The notes under the pieces: generated by a model | Database searches by the model: none | Seen by the model: only the letters and a program-made list of their open reading frames with translations | What the model was told of the DNA's origin: nothing | Assembly (NCBI RefSeq): GCF_000743755.1 | Contig: NW_014569438.1 | Location: forward strand, 1-36,746 | Length of the DNA stretch: 36,746 bases | Direction: 5' to 3' | Origin: Blastocystis sp. subtype 4 | Lineage: Eukaryota | Program-made: the position numbers and the translations under genes | Shown here: positions 12,444-21,066 of the stretch, one piece after another | Layout: the number at the start of each line of letters is the position of its first letter | Numbering within the stretch: position 1 is the stretch's first letter

Positions 12444-12459
12444 TGTTTGCTAATAAACA
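12444..12459. terminator. Abutting convergent poly(A) elements, TGTTTGCT (+) and TGTTTATT (-)
   Basis: tgtttgct-aataaaca between two convergent stops at 12437 and 12462. Confidence 0.65.
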
Positions 12460-12461
12460 CA

Positions 12462-13238
12462 TCAACTATAAATATGCACCAATTGCTATATCTAAACCCA
12501 ACTCTCAATACTCACTTGCTGACATTCACTCGCCAATGCTTCTACTAAAGGTCTCAATATATGATCCTAGAGATAAGATGCAAATAGAAACGTCAAACAA
12601 TCAAAGATCGAATCGCTTTATCTTGAATCTTCAGAGCCTCTACTGAAAGTGATTCTCGATCCTTCTGCAAAGCAGAAAGGACTTCACGAAGAGTATCACA
12701 TGCTGCACATGCAACAATCCGTGTGCTCAACTCAAATCGCTACTCATCAACAACAAGTTCGACAATTACAGCACAACGAGGTTTATAATAGACATAGCGG
12801 ACCTGACCAAAGAGTTTATATAAATGTGGATCTACCAAACTGGTCTTGATAGCTTTCTTGGAAGGAAGTGTTTTCCACTCGACAAATTCACTCTGAATCA
12901 AATGCTACAATCAACAATACTTCATACAACCGTTGAGCAGATACTGGATAAGAATCATAATCCGCTTCATACAACAACTGTTGCAAAAAATTGATTCGAC
13001 TAAATGGGCTTTCACTAAATGGGAACTGGCCAAGAGAAGACACAGTATCAAACAGGGATGACAAACTATCCTTCAGAAACTCCATATACATGTACATAGG
13101 TTGTTTTTCTGTTGGGAATAGACAATCAATGCTTTCTGGAGACAACTTCATCATCTCAAAAACAAGACAGTCTGGATCCGAATAACAAGCATGAACATAT
13201 GATAACCGATCAAGAATAGCGTTAATATCAGTTGTCAT
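12462..13238 (-). CDS. Uncharacterised helical protein; 5' end unresolved (may extend towards ~13500)
   Basis: ORF 12888-13238 continues through four 28-32 nt GT-AG introns to ...QQLVHIYS*, followed by TGTTTATT. Confidence 0.55.
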
Positions 13239-13539
13239 GTTCGCTTATCAAACATATGACAATTCTTTGGATTTTGAGTATCAAATGGTTTTTGGTTGAC
13301 TCTCCATTTCTGACCTCAAATCTGAAAGATATCATCACTTCACTGCATCCATCAAAATCTTCATTACTTCATGTTCTACATCTAATTTTCGTCCGATATC
13401 CGGATCTGAAGAGTAGAGACAGCAATCTAAAGAAATGTCATGAATCACGGGAATTCACAAATCCTTACGTCCCAAGATTTTGGTTGATAACCAAGTCCAT
13501 TTTGAGGGGTTTATCCCTTGTGCAATGCCGGTATCAGAC

Positions 13540-15338
13540 ATGGATGAGTCAGAATCGAAGGATGAAGCTCCCTCAACAGAGAACAGTCTAAACATGGATG
13601 TTTCAACTCTTCCGGAGCAAACAGTGATCGTAACTTAGTATTTGATGAATGTAATGACGAAGGAACGGAGCGAGAATCCAACAACTCCAAGGTCCACTTT
13701 TTTACGTGAACGTGACATTTTGGATCCTGCTCCGAATTCTATGTTTTCGGATCGCTATATTAGTGGAATTGAGAAATTTCAGTAAGAGAACTAGTTCCAA
13801 ATCACTCTTAGAGAGCAAGATTCGCCTTTTTTTGTTTCGGATTCCCTGCGCACAGGTGCTACCCCTCGGCTGTCATATCCATTAACACTTTCTCCGCCTT
13901 TGAAGCACTCTCCTACAGATATGGATTGTTCCCGATCTCCGTTTGTGTTTCATGACGTATACCATTTTATTTATCCATTCTGTATAGGTTTCAATAAATA
14001 ACTCACGTGCTGGTTATCGAATTAGTCATGAACAACAACCTGATGTATTGTTCCCTCCTTCGACATCCAATACAAGTGATCGGTCAATGATGGAAGGTGA
14101 CTCTTATTCACGTCCTTTGCCTGATCCTCATACTCCTCGTCTCTCCTCAGGTGCTAATCAACCTTTATTCGATAAATACTATTATTCACCAATTGCATCT
14201 TCTCGCATCGAACGTCCTCTGTTGAATTCGATTTCTTTGGTAATGTGTAGCTTCACAAACCATACAGACGATTCGATTTTATCAGTTCCTCTTTTCCTCC
14301 AAACCCCTCCTGTGGATAGTGACATCGATTTCGATAGTATGAGTCTTGATACACAGATGCGATGGCTACAACCTCCCAAGCTAGAATTGTCAGACGAATC
14401 TCAAAAGAAGGCTCATTATACGATGTATCGATTCAGTTCAGAACATGAAGAAGGAGCAGATACAACCAATACAGAACCTGAGACGACCGTAAAAGACTCT
14501 CCTAAGGGTAGAAGAAATAATCTGTATGAATGGTAGAAACACGTCCACGTCGGGATACGGACGATAGTTTTAGTGAGAACTACGAAGAAGAATCGATTGA
14601 AGAAGAGGAATTGCTGATTTCTTCCAGATCAGAGAGTTCGAATCATTCTCATCGTTCTCTTTCTTCTCGGCAGTCTTCTCGTTACCGTACAGATCACACA
14701 CGAAAAACTCATAATCAATCAGATTCGATCGTGAAGAAATCATTGAAGCGAAGTGGGACTGAACTCAGTAACTCATTATCAGGTGTCTCAACTTCAGCTG
14801 GAGAGCATTCTGCTACTCCAGATCCCTCATCAAAGGTAACAGAGGAGGGTGAATCTCAGTATTTTCCTGTGACTATTGCAGTAGGGATGGATGAAAAGAG
14901 TGAAATACAGGCACATCCTTGCAATTGCAAGAAATCACGATGTCTGAAATTGTATTGTGAGTGTTTCTCTGCTGATATGTATTGTAATGGGTGTAATTGT
15001 ACCTCGTGCTTAAACAATCCAGTACATTTGAAGAGAGAATGTGATCATCAGGCCCATCAGAAAGAACGGGAAGAAGCAAAACAGCTTCTTTTATCACGGA
15101 ATACGAATGCATTTAAACCACGTGTTGTTGCTGATGCTCAATTGAATCGGATCAATCTCAAAGGTTGTAACTGTCGTAAAACTGGCTGTCTAAAGAAGTA
15201 TTGTGAGTGTTATCAATCTGGAATTCCTTGTGGCCAGAATTGTAGATGTCAAGTAAGTATTAAGATAGGGCTTCATGATAGGATTGTCGAAATACAGGTG
15301 ATAGCGCCGTAATGGGGTCTAAACGTCCTGCGAAGTAA
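13540..15338 (+). CDS. Tesmin/TSO1-like CXC (CRC) domain protein, LIN54-like
   Basis: Two CXC motifs (CNCKKSRCLKLYCECF...C..C.C..C.N and GCNCRKTGCLKKYCECY...C...C.C.DC.N) joined by an RNTNAFKP linker. Long S/P/E-rich N-terminus. Confidence 0.9.
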
Positions 15339-15357
15339 CCATTTTCATGTTTTCTTA

Positions 15358-15365
15358 TGTTTGTT
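15358..15365 (+). terminator. TGTTTGTT poly(A) element of the CXC gene
   Basis: Exact motif 19 nt after TAA. Confidence 0.7.
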
Positions 15366-15442
15366 CCAAGATAACACTTGAGACTATTTATGGAACAGGC
15401 AATTACGATCTTTCCAATTATAAGGACAGGAATAAGATCGAA

Positions 15443-15450
15443 AACAAACA
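15443..15450 (-). terminator. TGTTTGTT poly(A) element of the DHHC gene
   Basis: Exact motif (aacaaaca on +) downstream of the stop. Confidence 0.65.
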
Positions 15451-15502
15451 ATACTCAAAGATTCTCACTACAGTCGTGGATAACGCATAACTCATTTTAT
15501 CA

Positions 15503-16300
15503 TCATGGAAACAGAGGGATTATCGTAGAAGAAAGAAAAGAGACAACAATACAAAATAAAGAGAGTTTGAAAAATGGAAGTGTATTTCGTCCAATACACT
15601 TTCCCATCCACATACAGTGATGATCCAGTTGATAACAGCAAACACCACAATCGAAGCAATGATGGACCTGGAAGCAGCTGCGACTAAAGTGACACTCCAC
15701 TAATCATTAACCAAGCAATAACAGGATGTACAGCAGCGACATTTGCTCTTCTCATCAATATCTTGGGTTCCTCGGAAAACGATCCCAGGATTACTCATCG
15801 TGGTCATAAGAATACATAGTTCGGAGATAACAAAAATGACCAGACTTACAATCACACCCCATTGTTTCCATGCATGATAGAAATACATCGAGCCAAGAGA
15901 TCCACAGAACAAGATAAACGGAACAAGAAGAGTCACAGGCATGAACTTCCAATCAGGTCCTACAATTGCTACGAATGGAAAGTAGTCATGTTTCAATTCG
16001 TTTCCCCAGAGAAGATAACAATTGCCAAGTCGACCTCCTTCCATTCATCCAGAATAGTATACGTACCTGTTTTTGGATACGAGAAGTGTTGATTCACGGG
16101 TTTAGGGTTGTATTCTTCAATCGATTGTTGCCAGTTGAAAGTAGATGCTGTATCTGGATATTCTAAAAGTAACTAGAATACGACGTGATACAACTATATG
16201 GAAACAGAATCTGTTCAATAGTTTTCTTGTCAGTCTGTGGAATAGGAATACCATTGTTGTTTTCAGTATTGCTAGGAGAAGTCTTCTGATCGTCTGTCAT
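15503..16300 (-). CDS. DHHC palmitoyl S-acyltransferase, 3 introns
   Basis: VGPDW, two TM segments, SNPGIV, HHCFDCGVCCYQLDHHCMWMGKCIGRNTLPFF. Confidence 0.9.
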
Positions 16301-16315
16301 CAAAATAGGAAAGAG

Positions 16316-16323
16316 AACAAACA
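16316..16323 (-). terminator. TGTTTGTT poly(A) element of PSD
   Basis: Exact motif separated from TAA by 4 nt. Confidence 0.75.
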
Positions 16324-16327
16324 ATGA

Positions 16328-17998
16328 TTACCAGAAATCATCCTCCTTTCTTCCTCTCGTTACTCCCCATTTATCAACAACTCTCTCCTTCACAGTTTCT
16401 TCTGTTACTTGTTCCGAGAAATCGGGTTCAAGGTTCACCATACCAACAGGTGCAGTTATAGATACCTCTTCTGATGTAATCTCTACTGGTTCCATTATTT
16501 CGTTAATCTCCTTGTCATCACTGACTTCATCAATCCCACTCTCCTTTTCATATTCAAATTCATCCTTCTCGTCCACAGCAACTTCTACTTCACTCTTATC
16601 CTGATCCAACTGATCAAGTTCCATCATTCTCTTCTTCAGCTCCTCATACTCATTTCGTATCATCTCGACATCCTCTTCATCACCCACATATCCAATCGGT
16701 TGACCCATCTTCACCTTCTCACCTGGTTCAACCAACCAATGAATGCGAGGGGCCTCAAATGCCATCACCACTGTCGAACCCAGAGCAAACGTACCCACAC
16801 GTTCACCAACAGAAGCTGGCCATATTGAATCATAATGCTTGTGATGATGATGATTGGAGTAGATGAGCTCATGAGGCTGGTTTGTCACAATCGGGTCTGA
16901 GAGATTGCTCAATTTGATGCTGCCAACATTATAAGCACCAACCATTCCGAGAGCGAAGAATCCTTCTTTCCAAGTGCCTGACAAAACAACCCTCTCATTC
17001 AGTGTAAAGAGTCCTTTGACCTTAGTTGCATATGATTCCTTCACAGGAAGCAATTTTCCAGGGACATGCACTCGATCAGTCACATTAAACCCGACAGGAC
17101 TGTGAATGTGATGATAGTTTGATGGAGAAAGATAGATTACAATACTGTAGAGATTGTTGGAGGAGTCTACAATAAGACAAAAGGAGAATGCTAACTATCA
17201 AGAGAAGGATGGGATCCTAAAAATTCTCGCAATGAATATGTGACTCCCTTAACTTGGTGCAGCTGAATATTTTTGTCACCTCCAAAATGCTACATGTTAT
17301 CTCATTACCAAACATCTACCTCATCCATAATACTAATGGTTCCATCCACTGGAGATACAATAGTTTTGGGATTCTGGAAAATAGGACGGGAACTGGGACG
17401 CAGGTCACGAGTAAAGAATGAATTAGGAGTTGGATAGTCTTCGAAGGCTCCCCTAGATGAGAATTCATGACAAAGGATACTGAAATTCAGAAACATCAAT
17501 TCCCACCACACGAGAGACATATGAATAAACGGGCTTTCTCCAACTCACAGGTCTAAAAGGAACAAACCAACTTATTCACATACAACCGAATATTCATCAC
17601 TTTCCCTATAAGTCGGCTTCCGGTACGATTCAATAGAAATGTATGTGCTGCAACCTATGAATAATAGACATCATGATAAAACAAACCTGCTTAGGAGTAA
17701 GGGTTTCTAACTCATAAGCCGTAGGATTGTTTAAAGACTGAATATACGCTTCCTTATCGTATGGAAATGCATATCCATACCATAGCAAACCTCCCACAGC
17801 TGCAAGACCTTAAAATGACAGATCAACCTGGATTACCTACCAACAGTGGTTGGATTAATCAATTTGCGATAAAATGGCTTGGTATCTACAAAGAATCAAA
17901 AAGTAAGAGAGAATAGTCATACTCTTGACTGTAGCAAACGACCGAAGAGAGGAAATCCTCTTTGAGGTAAGTCTCACAGAATTCGAGACAGAAAACAT
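16328..17998 (-). CDS. PISD: Phosphatidylserine decarboxylase, mitochondrial PSD1/PISD type, with acidic C-terminal extension
   Basis: Presequence MFSVSNSVRLTSKRISSLRSFAT; motifs FFTRDL, IVSPVDG, YLSPSNYHHIHSP, NERVVL, VGAYNVGSI, and the autocleavage motif FALGSTVV. Confidence 0.93.
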
Positions 17999-18029
17999 GT
18001 TTCTGAATAAGCCAAGAAACCAAATGATC

Positions 18030-18037
18030 AACAAACA
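18030..18037 (-). terminator. TGTTTGTT poly(A) element of the 73-aa gene
   Basis: Exact motif downstream of the TAG at 18123. Confidence 0.65.
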
Positions 18038-18122
18038 CTCACAAGAAATACTATTGTTTTAACAATACTAAGAGAATTGGTTTTTCGATATCAAACTCCA
18101 ATGAACGAATCAAACGGATACT

Positions 18123-18473
18123 CTAGGTCTTGTTTGGATCATCTTTGTGAATCTAGAGACATTAGGCTAGATACTAACCATGTACGTTCTGTTCATATAC
18201 AGATGACTGGAAAGGCAATGTGAGAACACCCTATATTATACTAAATTTGATTCAACATACGAAGCAATGCTCCAATCTACGCATACTCTGGTTCAACTCA
18301 CTAATACGAGCATTCATCTTTTGAATAATCTCGTTCATCTAAAAATCAAGTTCTAAGTGGATTTCAAATACATCTCGTAAAGATGAGGCCATTTGAGCCA
18401 ACTCCTGAATGATGAGGATCTATTCGTCAAAACTGCACTTCAAACACCCCACAGAGTCGTTATCGTTATTCAT
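18123..18473 (-). CDS. Small 73-aa coiled-coil protein, 5 exons; absent from the ORF track
   Basis: Four GT-AG introns (33, 33, 30, 33 nt), all phase 0, give MNNDNDSILIIQELAQMASSLRDMNEIIQKMNARISELNQSMRRLEHCFGVLTLPFQSSVYEQNIHKDDPNKT*. TGTTTGTT lies downstream at 18030-18037. Confidence 0.75.
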
Positions 18474-18499
18474 CAACAAAAAGGATGAAAATAGAGAGA

Positions 18500-19897
18500 T
18501 TAGTAACTGTCCTCAATGATCCGACCCACCACTTCCGGTGTAATTCGCTTATTTTCTCCAAGGACGATCTTCTTATCAGTAAATCTATGGATCATGGCTC
18601 CTCCTAATCAGTACTTCTTCACCACATCCTCAATCCACTTTTTATCGTCACTGACCTTATACTGACAAATGTGAGTTGGTGTAGCCATCGTATTCTCATA
18701 AAACTCTTCAATCAGCTCAATTGTTCGCATGGCCATCTGAGGAATATTTCCAACTACATCAAACAATTCAGGTATATGTACCTTCGAGTCCAAACACACG
18801 ATGTCCCATCTGAGCTAGTTTCTGCATCTTCGCATCAAATTGGAAGCGAAGTACACGAGGCTACCCATGAGATAGAATATCCATTTCTACTTGAATACAA
18901 GCAAGCGTACAAGCATGATCCATTCCAAGATATGCTGTCAATTCATGTCCGATCATGTGTGTTGCCCAATCTTGAATCACACCTTGAGCAATCCATTTAT
19001 TCAGTGCCTGAGTTGCTGCCCACATCACATTACTCCTAGCAATATAACTGTGTGGATTTGACATCACCAGCTTTCCCTACCAGTGAGTAAAAACAACGAA
19101 ACAAACATTATCAATAAGAACTTGAAGTAAAGCCTCTGAATAACGATCCTGAACATCCGCATCTATTCATCAATCACATGAATGGAGATTACGCATGCAC
19201 ACGGTAAGATACTGTTCACAGACATGGACAAATGAATCTACAACACCGTTTGCTGTTTGACGGGTTGGAAGAGACATGGTGGTTTCAGGATCAAGAATGG
19301 AGAATTGAGGGAATACATGAGAAGAATTAAAAGCACACTTCATCTATACATTAGGTCCAAAAACAAATATAACATTTAGCTTCCGACGAGACAGAACAGC
19401 ACCATTATTGCTTTCAGATCCCGTCTACATATAAAACAGCAAGTTAAACGATATACAGCAGGAAGAGTCATCACACAGCCAAGAGGAACAGCCGATTGAA
19501 TTCCCTTTCCTCCTGACAGAACCATATTCCATGGATCCGGTGTCTCCGTATACTTTGAAGCAGCAGCAATGAATTTAGTTGCATCAGCAACAGAACCACC
19601 ACCCACAGCAAGAAGGAATGTATTATCAACACCCATAGACTTGACAATATCGGTAGCCTTTACAGCTGTATCAAAATCTGGATTTGCTTCGATTCCGCCG
19701 AATTCATTAACGGAGTATCCTTTCAATGCATCCATAACTTGGTTGTAAACTCCATTTCGTTTAATGCTCCCTCCACCATAGACAACAAGAACTTTCTTGT
19801 CTTTAGGAATCAACGAAGGTAACTTGGCGATTTGACCCTTACCAAAAACAATACGCGTAATATTCGCGTAGTTGAAGTTTTTCATCCCAGACAACAT
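18500..19897 (-). CDS. yqhD: Iron-containing NADPH-dependent alcohol/aldehyde reductase, YqhD/butanol dehydrogenase type; 7 introns
   Basis: TRIVFGKGQI, VYGGGSIKRNGVY, FGGIEANP, LAVGGGSV, TLPATGSE, PQFSILDP, QDWATHMIGHELTA, DHACTLA. Confidence 0.93.
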
Positions 19898-19960
19898 GAC
19901 AATCGAAGGTGTATTTGAATAATCAACACATTTCTTTTGTATTCAAGGGTGAAATTTTTC

Positions 19961-21025
19961 ATGGTGATTCAGAAGAAAGGAGAGATCAAATCCAAGAAGG
20001 TGAGAGGTAATAAAGATGACCAACCTGCCATCAAGCATAAGAAGCAAAAGGGATATGTTCGCCGTGCCTTGAAGAACATGGAGCCCAAATTGATTGAGAA
20101 TCCAAAGGGAGCGATGTTCATTCGTTCAACCACAGCCAGTCAGAAGGTGATGGATGTGATGCGAGATTTGGTAAGATGAACCTTTGTTGGTGATAATGTG
20201 ATTAGCTCCGATTGAAAAAGCCCTTTTGCAAACTATTGTCGAAAAAGAACAACATTCGTCCCTTTGACGATGTCAATACGCTTGAGTTTTTCTCACAGAA
20301 GAATGACTGCAGTTTGTTTCTGGTGGGAAGCCACTCCAAGAAGCGACCTCAGAATCTCATCATGGGACGTTTGTTCAACTACCAACTTTTAGACATGGTC
20401 GAGTTTGGTGTTCTTGATTACAAATCAACAGACTCCTTCAAGTCATTGAAGGTGGGTTTTTGGGTTACGCACTGAGAAATAGAGCCAAGTTGGCCAGAAG
20501 CCTATGTTCCTCTTCCAGAGCGATTTATGGCAATATTCGGAGAAGCACATCTTAGCGAAGAATCTTCTTCTGGATTTCTTCCGAGGTCAGGAAGTGGAAT
20601 CAATAAATCTTGCAGGTCTCAGTCACGTCATTAGTGTGACTGCAGTTGGAAGTGAGACTGATGAGAAACCTCGAATCTACTTCCGTGTTTATGGTACAAT
20701 TGCACAAGTAAAATGAACTCTAGCTACAAACTACAAGCGAGTCGGAGGAGTGGTTCCTCGAGTGGATTTGGAATTGATGGGTCCTTCGTTGGATTTGGAG
20801 ATTCGACGTATCCATGAGAATGTAACCGATCTAAAGAAACAGAGTCTGCGTGTACCTCATGGAGTCAAGGCAGTGAAGGTAAAGAATGTTTCTCATAATG
20901 TGTTTGGTGAGAAGTTGGGTCGTATGCATATGACAAGACAAGAGGTAGATAAGATGCAGTTGAGGAAGATCAAAGCATTAAAGATTCTTCGAAAGGAACG
21001 ACTTCATAAAGAGAAGAAGGAATAA
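19961..21025 (+). CDS. RPF2: Ribosome production factor 2 (Brix domain)
   Basis: EPKLIENPK, KKNNIRPFDD, LEFFSQKNDCSLFLVGSHSKKRP, GRLFNYQLLDM, PRVDLELMGPSLDL. Confidence 0.95.
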
Positions 21026-21043
21026 TCTTGTTGTTTAGTGAAG

Positions 21044-21060
21044 TGTTTGTGAAAGAAACA
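21044..21060. terminator. Convergent poly(A) elements, TGTTTGTG (+, RPF2) and TGTTTCTT (-, aminopeptidase)
   Basis: tgtttgtg-a-aagaaaca, 1 nt apart. Confidence 0.6.
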
Positions 21061-21066
21061 ATCACC

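Noticed and set aside
13232..13591. Plus-strand 119-aa ORF, and a minus-strand gene sharing the CATG at 13539-13542 with the CXC gene
   Set aside because: No recognisable product, and no consistent splice model could be built for 13240-13540, so it is left unresolved.
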